The position numbers and the translations under genes are program-made. Under the pieces are notes generated by a model. That model saw nothing but the letters and a program-made list of their open reading frames with translations. It made no database searches and was not told the DNA's origin. Of a stretch of DNA of 34,771 bases, positions 9,298 through 18,699 are shown piece by piece; the first letter of the stretch is position 1, and every line of letters starts with the position of its first letter. The stretch covers positions 1-34,771 of the forward strand of contig JBFGZE010000021.1 in the NCBI GenBank assembly GCA_041586955.1. Reading direction: 5' to 3'. Source of the stretch: Bacteriovoracaceae bacterium (lineage in GTDB: Bacteria; Bdellovibrionota; Bacteriovoracia; Bacteriovoracales; Bacteriovoracaceae).

Positions 9298-9612
9298 TTA
9301 TTTTGAGGTCATTTGTGCCACAAAAATGGGTATGATTATATAGAGGATAGTATCTCTCACCAAATAAAAAAGAAAGAAATAAACAAAGGCCTTTGGGCCT
9401 TGTAAGAATAATTTTTCAAGCCCTAGAACCTGGGCCTTTTTACTCATGGCCACCATGAACTTACTTTTGCCATAATGCTTAATAAAAAAGCTGATACCGC
9501 CATCAACGAGGCGATCAAAGCGCTTAAACACCGAGACCAAGTATTTCCAAGGTGTTGACTTACACCATGACTTGACTGAAAGATGAGATTTCTTTATTTT
9601 TACCAAATTCAC
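9298..9612 (-). CDS. Small membrane protein of unknown function
   Basis: 104 aa with a C-terminal hydrophobic segment FVYFFLFYLVRDTILYIIIPIF; co-oriented just upstream of the transporter. Confidence 0.75.
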   Translation of the reverse strand: MNLVKIKKSHLSVKSWCKSTPWKYLVSVFKRFDRLVDGGISFFIKHYGKSKFMVAMSKKAQVLGLEKLFLQGPKAFVYFFLFYLVRDTILYIIIPIFVAQMTSK

Positions 9613-9627
9613 AGGGCAAAGCTATCA
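9613..9627 (-). promoter_or_regulatory. Putative extended -10 promoter for a leaderless transcript
   Basis: Minus strand TG-A-TAGCTT, then 6 nt, then the GTG start at 9612; no SD. Confidence 0.4.
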
Positions 9628-9671
9628 CAAGATAAGGATCCTTAAAAGATCTTCTTTAAAGAGAAGAAAAT

Positions 9672-9713
9672 CTACATTTTTGTGACATTAAAGCATCTCG
9701 GCCTTGATATTGT
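9672..9713 (+). promoter_or_regulatory. hemA promoter: CTACA-N6-TGACA direct repeat plus extended -10
   Basis: CTACA (9672-9676) TTTTTG TGACA (9683-9687), an 11-bp period overlapping the -35 position; TG-A-TATTGT at 9705-9713, 6 nt before the ATG. Confidence 0.5.
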
Positions 9714-9719
9714 TTAATT

Positions 9720-10646
9720 ATGCTACAAAGCCTATGCGTTATAAATTTACCCCCAGAGCGGAAATTGCCCGACTCGCTCATTCGGTCAGACCTCTTTATT
9801 ATCGAGACTTGCCAGCGCAATCTCATCGTTGGGTTTAACCAAAAGCCCTTACTGGCCTGCCAAGTAGCACCAGAAGACTACACGAGACGAGTGGGAGTTG
9901 ACGCCTACCAATACCTTTTAGAAGTCATCTGTGGCCTGAAAAGCAAAATGCTAGGTGAAAATGAAATATCCGGGCAATTTAAAACCGCTTATAAAAATTA
10001 CCTTCAACACCAAACCCCTAATTCTCATATTATGAGAATTATTGAGAAATTATTTAAAGACGCTAAATTGATTCGAACCGAACATTTGCGCTGCATTGGT
10101 CAACAAAGTTATGCAGGGCTAAGCCGCCAAATTTTATTATCTCAAGAGAATTGGAACCAAACCCTTATCCTTGGCTCAGGCGCCTTGGCCGCAGACCTAT
10201 TACAGGCATTGAGTAAAAATGGAAAAATCTTTATTTGTGCCCGAAATAAGGCCCGAATCCGAGATTTAGCGGAGACGCACCAAGTAGAGGTTATTCCCTG
10301 GGAAGAAAGAGAAAGTCGTTTAGCTGAGTTTCCTTTCATCATTAATACGATTGGAACAGAAACAACTCTCTATCCTTCCTCATTTTTTCAAAAATGGGCG
10401 AATATCAACCCCTATGGCCGATGTTTTATTGACCTCGGCTCACCTTCGGCCATCGACCAGGCCCTTGAGGATGAAAAATGCCTTTACCGCTTGAAGGATA
10501 TTTTTGCTATAGGTAAAGAATTAGACGCCAAAAAAGAACAAAAAATAAAATCGGCACTCGTGGCGATTAGTACGACAGCAGAGAAACGAATCCAAACATC
10601 CCAATTTAATTTACCTTACGGTTGGGATGAGCTAATGTTCGCGTGA
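9720..10646 (+). CDS. hemA: Glutamyl-tRNA reductase, short form
   Basis: ETCQR (catalytic Cys motif, usually TCNR), GLKSKMLGENEISGQ, ILGSGALA NADPH-binding motif, FIDLGSP; first gene of the hem cluster. Confidence 0.88.
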   Translation: MLQSLCVINLPPERKLPDSLIRSDLFIIETCQRNLIVGFNQKPLLACQVAPEDYTRRVGVDAYQYLLEVICGLKSKMLGENEISGQFKTAYKNYLQHQTPNSHIMRIIEKLFKDAKLIRTEHLRCIGQQSYAGLSRQILLSQENWNQTLILGSGALAADLLQALSKNGKIFICARNKARIRDLAETHQVEVIPWEERESRLAEFPFIINTIGTETTLYPSSFFQKWANINPYGRCFIDLGSPSAIDQALEDEKCLYRLKDIFAIGKELDAKKEQKIKSALVAISTTAEKRIQTSQFNLPYGWDELMFA

Positions 10647-10664
10647 TATATGTGAGGGCCTTTT

Positions 10665-12239
10665 ATGACATCCTTTATTCTCGGCACCCGTGGTAGCCTT
10701 TTAGCACTTACCCAAGCCGGCCAATTTATCGACCTATTTGAAAATAAGACAGGCAATCAATGCCTGGTCAAAACCATTAAAACTCAGGGCGACCAAATCC
10801 AAGACAAGCCCCTTTGGCAGCTCGATGGTAAGAATTTCTTCACCAAAGAACTAGATACAGCTCTCCTAGAGAAAGAAGTCGATTTATTAGTTCATTCCTA
10901 TAAAGACCTTGGCTCTGACCGCCCAGAAGGGGTGGCCTTGGCCAGTGTTCCAAAGAGACAATATGCCCACGACATTCTTCTGATTCACCAAGACGCGATT
11001 GAAAAACTGCAAAGCGGTGAACTAAAAAATGTCATTATTGGGACAAGCTCTCCCCGCAGAATAACTAACATTACGCGCTATTTACCTGAGTTCCTTCCTG
11101 GTCCTAATAAGGTGTCAATTGCGACAAAGAATTTACGAGGTAATGTTAATACCCGCATCGAAAAGCTAAAGCGCGGCGATTATCATGGAATTATCCTTGC
11201 TCTGGCCGGCCTTGAACGCTTGGCGCTGAAAGAAGATAATATTCCCTTAATGAAAGAACTCATTACTGGCCTTAATTTTATGGTCTTACCTCTATCCCAA
11301 TTTCCAACGGCAGCAGCACAAGGGGCGCTAGGAGTCGAATGCCTTGAGGGGCGAGAGGACGATAATCTTTTGCAAAGTGCCTTAGGTCGCTTACATGACA
11401 AACAAACGGCCGATGCCGTAAGTGAAGAGCGTAAGCGATTTGCTAGTTATGGCGGAGGATGTCACCTGGCGGTGGGAATTCATTATCGCCCCTTTGATAA
11501 CTTTCTTATCCATTATGAATATGGTGAACATGACAATCAAATTATTGAAATTGAAGAATTAGTTGCGCCTCGCCCAAATGTCCCGACAAAGGGAGAGGCC
11601 TTTATTGGTCTACCGATCACTAATCAAAATAAAAATGATCACTTCGTCTATGATTCACTGATCACCAAAAAGGCCCTACGGCCGGCCTTAAACCAAAAGC
11701 ACCATCTCTACTTTGCCTCTCATTATACTTTTACCAATCGGGCCGATATTAAAAGCGCGAATCCCCTCAGTTTATGGACCGCGGGAAGAAAAAGTTTAAA
11801 ACGATTGGCGGCACTTGGGCATTGGGTTAATGGCTGTAGCGACTCTATAGGTGAGGAAGAAGTCATTCATCTTCGAGAGTCCCGATTTTTGCAATTGTTT
11901 TTGCCGACTATTAAACAGGAACAATCATGGACCATTCTAGGCCCAAAAGATGGCCATACCCAATTAGGACCCTTAGTTGCTGGCTATGAAAGGGTAATGA
12001 CAACTGACCTAGACGCAGAATATCCCCAAAAATTGGCAGGATGCGAATGCTTTTTTTGGACATCTTTCGCCCAATTTCAAATTTACACCGAACGCTACCC
12101 TGAAATTAAGAATAAAGTCCATGCCTGTGGCCTTGGCAAAACCTACCGCGCTTTTTTACAAGCGGGTTTCAAACCGATTCCATTTTTAGGAGTCGCGGAA
12201 TTTAAGAATTGGTACCAAAAACGGAGCTCAAATGAATAA
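10665..12239 (+). CDS. hemC: Hydroxymethylbilane synthase with C-terminal HemD-like extension
   Basis: GTRGSLLALTQ, FTKELD, VHSYKD, GTSSPRR, LRGNVNTR, GGGC cofactor Cys; about 220 extra residues with FFWTS and HACGLGKT. Confidence 0.92.
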   Translation: MTSFILGTRGSLLALTQAGQFIDLFENKTGNQCLVKTIKTQGDQIQDKPLWQLDGKNFFTKELDTALLEKEVDLLVHSYKDLGSDRPEGVALASVPKRQYAHDILLIHQDAIEKLQSGELKNVIIGTSSPRRITNITRYLPEFLPGPNKVSIATKNLRGNVNTRIEKLKRGDYHGIILALAGLERLALKEDNIPLMKELITGLNFMVLPLSQFPTAAAQGALGVECLEGREDDNLLQSALGRLHDKQTADAVSEERKRFASYGGGCHLAVGIHYRPFDNFLIHYEYGEHDNQIIEIEELVAPRPNVPTKGEAFIGLPITNQNKNDHFVYDSLITKKALRPALNQKHHLYFASHYTFTNRADIKSANPLSLWTAGRKSLKRLAALGHWVNGCSDSIGEEEVIHLRESRFLQLFLPTIKQEQSWTILGPKDGHTQLGPLVAGYERVMTTDLDAEYPQKLAGCECFFWTSFAQFQIYTERYPEIKNKVHACGLGKTYRAFLQAGFKPIPFLGVAEFKNWYQKRSSNE

Positions 12240-13497
12240 TCAAGAATTGTTTTTAAAAAGTAAAACCAAGGTCCCTGGGGGGGTCCACTCTCCTGTCCGT
12301 GCATTTAAAGGAATGTCCATGGCCCCTCGCTTTGTCAAACAGGCCAATGGTGCTTATTTTACCGATATTGAAGACAAACAATTTATTGATTTTTGTATGA
12401 GTTTTGGCCCTCTTATTTTAGGTCACCAAAACGAAGAGGTCAAAGGCCAATTACACCAAGCGCTCGACCGTGGTTGGACCTATGGCACCTGTGAACCTTA
12501 TTCATTAGACTTGGCGGAGTTTTTAATCGAAAAGATTAACTTTATCGACCAAGTACGTTTCGTGAACTCCGGCACCGAAGCTGTCATGACTGCGCTCCGC
12601 CTCGCTCGCGGAGTCACTGGTCGTTCAAAAATTATTAAATTTAATGGCTGTTATCATGGCCATGTCGATTCTATGCTAATTAAGGCGGGATCTGGACTTG
12701 CCGGCACTGCAGAATCTAGCTCTAAAGGTGTACCAAATAGCATTGCTGATGATACCCTTATTTTAGAATTGGCCGACCTTAAAATTGTCCGTGAGGTTTT
12801 TGAGCGTGAAGGCGAGCATATTGCGGCCCTTATCATTGAACCCCTTCCTGCAAATAATGGCCTCTTAATTCAAGAACAATCCTATCTAGAAGGACTCAAG
12901 CAGCTTTGTGAAGAATTTGGAGCACTCCTAATCTTCGACGAAGTTATTTCCGGCTTCCGGATGGGCTTTGGCGGAATGGCCGAGAAAACGGGAATAAATC
13001 CCGATATTGTCACTTATGGAAAAGTCATTGGTGGAGGTTTACCTGTCGGGGCGCTCGGTGCCAGAAAGGAAATCATGGACCATTTAGCACCCATTGGTGG
13101 TGTCTATCAGGCCGGAACCCTTTCCGCGAATCCCCTTGCCATGGTCGCAGGCCTTGCGACACTTAAACAATTAACTTCAGATGTTTACCAGCAATTAGAA
13201 GAACAAACACAAAAGGTTATTAATCTTTTAAACCAGTTTGCTCAAACTCATGCGAATGGCCAATTTGCCGATATTAAATTTTACCGACAGGGGAGTTTAT
13301 TTTGGAGTGCTTCTTCAACCACCATCAACCGTGCTTGTGATATTCCCGCAACGATTAGTGACAACTTTAATCCGCTCTTTTCTGAGTTATTAAACCGTGG
13401 CATATATTTAGCACCGAGTGCTTATGAAGTTGGCTTTTGTTCCATGGCCCATGACGATTCGGTTATCGCGGATCTTAAGAAGAGATTAGGTCTATAG
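12232..13497 (+). CDS. hemL: Glutamate-1-semialdehyde 2,1-aminomutase
   Basis: PGGVHSPVRAF, NSGTEA, GCYHGH, FDEVISGFR, GKVIGGGLPVG, YQAGTLSANP. Confidence 0.97.
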   Translation: MNNQELFLKSKTKVPGGVHSPVRAFKGMSMAPRFVKQANGAYFTDIEDKQFIDFCMSFGPLILGHQNEEVKGQLHQALDRGWTYGTCEPYSLDLAEFLIEKINFIDQVRFVNSGTEAVMTALRLARGVTGRSKIIKFNGCYHGHVDSMLIKAGSGLAGTAESSSKGVPNSIADDTLILELADLKIVREVFEREGEHIAALIIEPLPANNGLLIQEQSYLEGLKQLCEEFGALLIFDEVISGFRMGFGGMAEKTGINPDIVTYGKVIGGGLPVGALGARKEIMDHLAPIGGVYQAGTLSANPLAMVAGLATLKQLTSDVYQQLEEQTQKVINLLNQFAQTHANGQFADIKFYRQGSLFWSASSTTINRACDIPATISDNFNPLFSELLNRGIYLAPSAYEVGFCSMAHDDSVIADLKKRLGL

Positions 13498-13498
13498 C

Positions 13499-14401
13499 TT
13501 GAATAATAAAGATAAGATCCTTTTTTATTTGGCCTTAGTTTGGCTATTTTTCATTTTGGCCCTTGGCTGTTGGTGGCTTTATCTTATGCAAATGCTGGTT
13601 AATATCCAAGGCGCTCAAATGGCAACTGCCTTCCCGGGCGCTCCTAACTTTCTTAACCTTATTCTCTGGGAAGGATCGGCCTTCATTATTTTACTCCTGC
13701 TTCTATCAGGGACCATATTTTTCCTTTTCCTAAAGGATCAAAAACGACTTAATTCTCTCAAATTATTTTTTGCCAGCGTGACTCATGAATTAAAAACCCC
13801 TTTGGCGAGTATGAGATTACAAGCAGAGGTCATCAAGGACCTTTATGAAGACAAGGAGTACGATGCTCTAGGTAATTATTTGAACCGCCTGCTTGATGAT
13901 TCCCAAAATATGGAAGATCAATTAGATCGCGTAATTCAATTAGCACGGGTCGAAAGAAATGGGCAACTCAATATTACGGCGCTCTCTCTTACTGAATTAC
14001 TACCCAGGATCACCGAAAAGTGGCGACAAAATCTTATTATTCATTTTGACTTCCAAGACAATATAGAAATGGTTAAAGCAGACTCTTTCGCCTTGGAAAT
14101 AATCCTGCGCAACTTAATCACGAATACACGCCACCATTCTAATCAGACAAAAGCAATGATAAGTCTGCGAAACGAAGAGACAGAAGTCAGTATCACCTAT
14201 TGTGATAATGGCACCTTTAGTGGCGATCCAAAACGTTTAGGTCAAATCTTTTACTCCCCTAATCAACACAAGGGTTCAGGAATTGGACTCTACCTATGCA
14301 AGCAATTAATCAATCAAATGAAAGGGCATATCCAATTTCAGGCCAATCCCTTTACCGTTACGATGGCCTTACCTAAAGCACCTCGTAGAGGTCTAGAATG
14401 A
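13499..14401 (+). CDS. Sensor histidine kinase within the hem operon (HemK/Hklep-like)
   Basis: Two TM segments with a short periplasmic loop, H-box VTHELKTPLAS, N-box RNLITN, DNG, GSGIGL; TTG start. Confidence 0.92.
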   Translation: MNNKDKILFYLALVWLFFILALGCWWLYLMQMLVNIQGAQMATAFPGAPNFLNLILWEGSAFIILLLLLSGTIFFLFLKDQKRLNSLKLFFASVTHELKTPLASMRLQAEVIKDLYEDKEYDALGNYLNRLLDDSQNMEDQLDRVIQLARVERNGQLNITALSLTELLPRITEKWRQNLIIHFDFQDNIEMVKADSFALEIILRNLITNTRHHSNQTKAMISLRNEETEVSITYCDNGTFSGDPKRLGQIFYSPNQHKGSGIGLYLCKQLINQMKGHIQFQANPFTVTMALPKAPRRGLE

Positions 14402-15096
14402 AGGCCAATATCTTAATTGTTGAAGATGAAACTAATTTAGGTAAAACGCTGAAGGAATATTTAAACTCCAAAGGTCATTCGGTGCAATGGGCGGCGACTT
14501 GTGACCAGGCCCGTCTCTCCTTTAATCAATATCCCCCTCAAATTATCCTTATGGATATTGGCCTCCCTGATGGAACGGGTCTAGAATTGGCCCGTGAATT
14601 TCAAAAAATTAATAATGATTTGATCATTCTCTTCTTGTCCGCTCAAAATGATCCTGAGATAAAAGTTGAAGGGTTGGAGCTAGGGGCAGTGGATTACATC
14701 ACAAAACCTTTTGCTCTCAAGGAGTTAACGTTCCGTCTTGATCGTATTCAATACCCCAGTCATTTAATGGGCGACCCAGACCTCTCACTTAAAATTGATA
14801 ACCTCAATATCAATTTTAAAGAGTACTCTATTAAAAAAGATGGTCACGCCATTATTCAAATGACACACAAAGAATGTGCTATATTACAACTTCTTTTCCG
14901 CCATAAAAATGAGGTCGTGAATAGAGACGAAATTCTTAATCAAATCTGGGGCCACGATAAATTCCCCAGTAATCGGACGGTTGATAACTATATCGTTAAA
15001 CTAAGAAAATATATAGAAGATCCAGAAAGACCTACAATAAAAATTTTAAGCATACGAAGTATTGGTTATAAATTACAAATAGATGAGAGGAAGTAA
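14398..15096 (+). CDS. OmpR/PhoB-family response regulator (HemR/Rrlep-like)
   Basis: ILIVEDE, MDIGLPD, DYITKPF, winged helix RTVDNYIVKLRK, RSIGY; ATGA overlap with the kinase. Confidence 0.95.
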   Translation: MKANILIVEDETNLGKTLKEYLNSKGHSVQWAATCDQARLSFNQYPPQIILMDIGLPDGTGLELAREFQKINNDLIILFLSAQNDPEIKVEGLELGAVDYITKPFALKELTFRLDRIQYPSHLMGDPDLSLKIDNLNINFKEYSIKKDGHAIIQMTHKECAILQLLFRHKNEVVNRDEILNQIWGHDKFPSNRTVDNYIVKLRKYIEDPERPTIKILSIRSIGYKLQIDERK

Positions 15097-16136
15097 TGGG
15101 ATTATTTAAAACAAGACAATCATACCAAGACAATAAAACGGGTGTCCCCGTATGGTTTATGCGACAAGCAGGTCGCTATCACCAGCATTATCAAGAATTA
15201 AAAAAAACCTACGATTTCATGACTCTTTGTAAAGATTCAAACCTGGCGAAAGAAGTCACAATGGGACCAATGGACTGCTTCCACTTTGATGCTGCCATTT
15301 TATTTTCGGACCTTCTCTTCCCTTTAGAACATTTAGGTCTAGGCCTTACTTATAACCCAGGCCCTATTCTCGATAGAACAATTGCCACCCATGATATGAT
15401 CCAAAACCTAAAACCTATTAAATCCTCACAAGATTTTTACAAGTTTCAAAGGGACGCTGTTCATTTACTCAAACAATGCCTCCCCGCAAGTAAAACTTTA
15501 TTAGGCTTCACCGGGGCGCCATTTACTCTTTATGCTTATGCTATTGAAGGCGGCCATAGTGGCAACCTAACTGAAAGTAAAAAAGGTCTTTACGATGGAC
15601 GCTTTGATGCCTTTATGGAGAAATTGGTTCCAATTATTATTGAAAACCTAACAGAGCAGGCCGAAGGCGGTGCTGATGCTCTTTGTCTTTTTGATACTGC
15701 CGTTGGCGAATTAACTCTTTCTGATTTTAAAGATTTTGGTCTCAAGTACTTAAGGGTAATCACCAAAGAATTCAAGAAAAAGTTTCCAGACAAAGCGATT
15801 ATCTATTATTCAAAATGGACCAGTATGACATACCTAAGGGAAATTCAGGATGATTGTATCGATGTCCTAGGTGTTGACTGGCGAGTTCCATTAGGACAGG
15901 CGCTTAATGAATTAGGAAAGGATTATTATATACAAGGGAATCTTGACCCGTCATATTTACATTTGCCTTGGAATGTCCTTGAACAAAAATGGCTCGCTCT
16001 ATGGCAAGACCTCAACAATCAAAATTGTCCTCTCGACAGGTGGATTGCAGGTCTAGGACATGGAGTCCTTCAACACACACCCGAGGAGAATGTCGCAAAT
16101 AGCGTTAAACTTATTCACGAGAAATTTCGTTATTAA
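15096..16136 (+). CDS. hemE: Uroporphyrinogen decarboxylase
   Basis: PVWFMRQAGRY, DAAILFSD, GFTGAPFTL, QGNLDP, GLGHGV; TAATG coupling to the regulator gene. Confidence 0.96.
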   Translation: MGLFKTRQSYQDNKTGVPVWFMRQAGRYHQHYQELKKTYDFMTLCKDSNLAKEVTMGPMDCFHFDAAILFSDLLFPLEHLGLGLTYNPGPILDRTIATHDMIQNLKPIKSSQDFYKFQRDAVHLLKQCLPASKTLLGFTGAPFTLYAYAIEGGHSGNLTESKKGLYDGRFDAFMEKLVPIIIENLTEQAEGGADALCLFDTAVGELTLSDFKDFGLKYLRVITKEFKKKFPDKAIIYYSKWTSMTYLREIQDDCIDVLGVDWRVPLGQALNELGKDYYIQGNLDPSYLHLPWNVLEQKWLALWQDLNNQNCPLDRWIAGLGHGVLQHTPEENVANSVKLIHEKFRY

Positions 16137-16153
16137 TTGCGGACAAACTGCCG

Positions 16154-17425
16154 ATGGAAAAAGATCTCCTTACTCTACTAAAGCAATATATAGGGCCTGG
16201 CAAACGCTATGGGATCTACCCTGGTTTGCGCGATTGGAATGGGCAAGGAGACCTTGAGTCCTGGCATCAATCGCTTGCCATGGCCTTTGATCAAGAGCGA
16301 GAGGTTGATGTTTATATCCACCTCCCGTTCTGCGCCAACCTTTGTACTTTTTGTGGACTCAATATTCAAATCACACGAGACAAGATAAAGGCCCGTCGTT
16401 ATTTAGACCAAGTAATTGAAGAATGGCAGACCTACCTCAAGGCATTTCCCCAATTAAAAAAGCAAAATATCTATATTGGTGGCGGTACACCTAATTTTTT
16501 TAATGCCCAGGAGTTGGAACAATTTTTCGGTGAATTATCTCTGGGTGAATTTAAATGGAAGGCGATCGAATTAGATCCCCGCCATATTAGCGTTGACCAC
16601 TTAAGTTTATTTAAAAGATGGGGCCTTGATCGTCTTAATATTGGGGTTCAAGATTTTGATCAATTTGTTCTGGCCCATGTCAACCGCGCTTTTGATAAAA
16701 AAGAACAATTGGCCATTATTCAAGACGCTAAGGAAATGAATTGTTTTGAAATCGCCTTAGAATTTATTTATGGCCTCCCCCACCAAACAAAAGAAAGTTT
16801 TGAGCAATCACTAGAACTGGCCTGCCAATTAGGTATTGAAATGATTTCCCTTTACCCATTGGCCAAAGTTCCTTATCTCAAAGAGGCCCAAAATGCCTTT
16901 GGTGATTTCCAAATCCCCGGCGACCTGGAGCGACAGGAAATCTACTTCCAGGCCAATAATGTTTTTGAAAAATATCAATATGGGCTATTGGGCTTTGGTC
17001 ATTTTGCTCATCAAAACTCTGACCTTTATAAACGATTGATTAATAATCAACTAAGACGCAGTATTTTTGGCTACGTTCCAAAACATTCAAATGTCTTATT
17101 GGGCCTTGGCAATTCCGCCATTTCTATCGCCCCTTATATGTATAAACAAAATGAAAAGATTGTGGACAAGTACATTCTCCCCAAGCAACGTTCTCAGCAT
17201 TTTCACCAGCATTCCCAAAGAGAGCATCATTTACAGATTTTTTTTGAGGATTTAACGTCATCACCACTCGTTAATTTCTCGCCCGATCTTATCACTAATC
17301 CGGCCCTGTGGGAGCAATTGCTTGCCGATGGCATTATAGAATTAAAAAATACCGACCAATTTCAGTTTTCTACAATCGGTCGGCATTTCATGAAGTTTGC
17401 AGGTCAATGCTTTGACCTTTATTAA
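16154..17425 (+). CDS. hemN: Radical SAM protein, divergent HemN-like coproporphyrinogen dehydrogenase
   Basis: YIHLPFCANLCTFCG (CxxxCxxC), GGGTPN, GVQDFD, IYGLPHQT; last gene of the hem operon. Confidence 0.75.
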   Translation: MEKDLLTLLKQYIGPGKRYGIYPGLRDWNGQGDLESWHQSLAMAFDQEREVDVYIHLPFCANLCTFCGLNIQITRDKIKARRYLDQVIEEWQTYLKAFPQLKKQNIYIGGGTPNFFNAQELEQFFGELSLGEFKWKAIELDPRHISVDHLSLFKRWGLDRLNIGVQDFDQFVLAHVNRAFDKKEQLAIIQDAKEMNCFEIALEFIYGLPHQTKESFEQSLELACQLGIEMISLYPLAKVPYLKEAQNAFGDFQIPGDLERQEIYFQANNVFEKYQYGLLGFGHFAHQNSDLYKRLINNQLRRSIFGYVPKHSNVLLGLGNSAISIAPYMYKQNEKIVDKYILPKQRSQHFHQHSQREHHLQIFFEDLTSSPLVNFSPDLITNPALWEQLLADGIIELKNTDQFQFSTIGRHFMKFAGQCFDLY

Positions 17426-18699
17426 GGTGTCGTATGAGCTTTTGTTAGCTCATCTATAATACTGCGATCCTTTACTAAATAAGCACTAAAGGTACCACTT
17501 GATTTTGACTTTACCCAAGAGAATGGATTTTTCTTAGCGACACCAATAAAGACATCGATATGAGTGCCTTTAATCGCCCCACCAGTATCCCCGGCAAAGA
17601 AATAACCATCGTGAATAGCGGTATCACCGTTAGGTAGTGTGAGTTTTTGGCCGCGTGCTTGAGGGATATAGAGAACGGACCCATAAGGAATTTTTCTCTT
17701 ATCAACAGCAACTGTCCTAAAGGGACGTAAACGGTACCCTCGAACCCCATCTCCAAATCTCCCATTGGCCAAACGGAACTTTGTTTTGGATACATTCCAA
17801 CTAAAATACTTTTTGCAATTAACTTTATGAGAGGAACTAGTCCCGGCATAATTATAGGTAACGCCCTTGCCTTGTGTTAGAACTCTAACTGAGCCTTCCA
17901 TCGCAGCAAAACACCAATGCTTTTTGCTTAAAACTGGACCTAACCGATTCCCCTTCAAATCACGTAAAGGATAACCTTTAGAAACTGTGTTCACTTCAGG
18001 TAAGTAGTAATAAGTGGCCCAAAGTGAACGCTTCCCGCCAAGCATTGATCCACTTGGCGCGGGAAAATCAAAATGGTCTTGACCACCACCAATGGTATTC
18101 TTTAATTGGTAATTAATTTTCTTCTCTGTGAGAACGCGATCCAAACTATCTAAAATAACGATTTTAAAGTTGACCACTTTTCCCTGGGCAGGTGCGCTAA
18201 GTGGCACACTCAAGTCATTACTAAAAATTTCACCGTCCGTGCTTTTAATGTCATTTTGATAAATCACAAAACGTTTCCCATCCCCTTGAATTAAAGCGTT
18301 AAATGGAAATTCTTGGCCAGCATCGATAACCTCTCCTTGTGACGGGCTTGAAACGATCAACTCTGGCCGTAATACGACATCAACTTGACGAATTAATACT
18401 TTAACTTTCTCGCCGCTCTCATCCATTCCATAAAAATGTAAAGACTTGTCCTCTTCCTCGATAGCAGGGGTCCAGTTGAAGATAAAAGGCCTTTTTTTAA
18501 GGACTAGAGAAGGCTGACCTTCAAATTGAACTTCAAGTGAGCGAATATCATCAGAGGCCTGTAACTCTAATTGTGCCTGCTCTCCCACAAAAAGTAATTC
18601 ATCATTTTTTAAATTAGTCTGCAAGAAAGACTCTTTCTCCACATTTTGACAAGAAATAAATAATAGCCCCAAAAGAGCTAAAGGTAACCAACACTTCAT
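17422..18699 (-). CDS. Lipoprotein with Ig-like N-terminal region and C-terminal 3D (Asp-Asp-Asp, MltA-like) domain
   Basis: Start corrected to ATG 18699 (SD GAGGAG); lipobox LLFISC; VAVDKRKIPYGS...AGDTGGAIKGTHIDVFIG. Confidence 0.88.
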   Translation of the reverse strand: MKCWLPLALLGLLFISCQNVEKESFLQTNLKNDELLFVGEQAQLELQASDDIRSLEVQFEGQPSLVLKKRPFIFNWTPAIEEEDKSLHFYGMDESGEKVKVLIRQVDVVLRPELIVSSPSQGEVIDAGQEFPFNALIQGDGKRFVIYQNDIKSTDGEIFSNDLSVPLSAPAQGKVVNFKIVILDSLDRVLTEKKINYQLKNTIGGGQDHFDFPAPSGSMLGGKRSLWATYYYLPEVNTVSKGYPLRDLKGNRLGPVLSKKHWCFAAMEGSVRVLTQGKGVTYNYAGTSSSHKVNCKKYFSWNVSKTKFRLANGRFGDGVRGYRLRPFRTVAVDKRKIPYGSVLYIPQARGQKLTLPNGDTAIHDGYFFAGDTGGAIKGTHIDVFIGVAKKNPFSWVKSKSSGTFSAYLVKDRSIIDELTKAHTTP

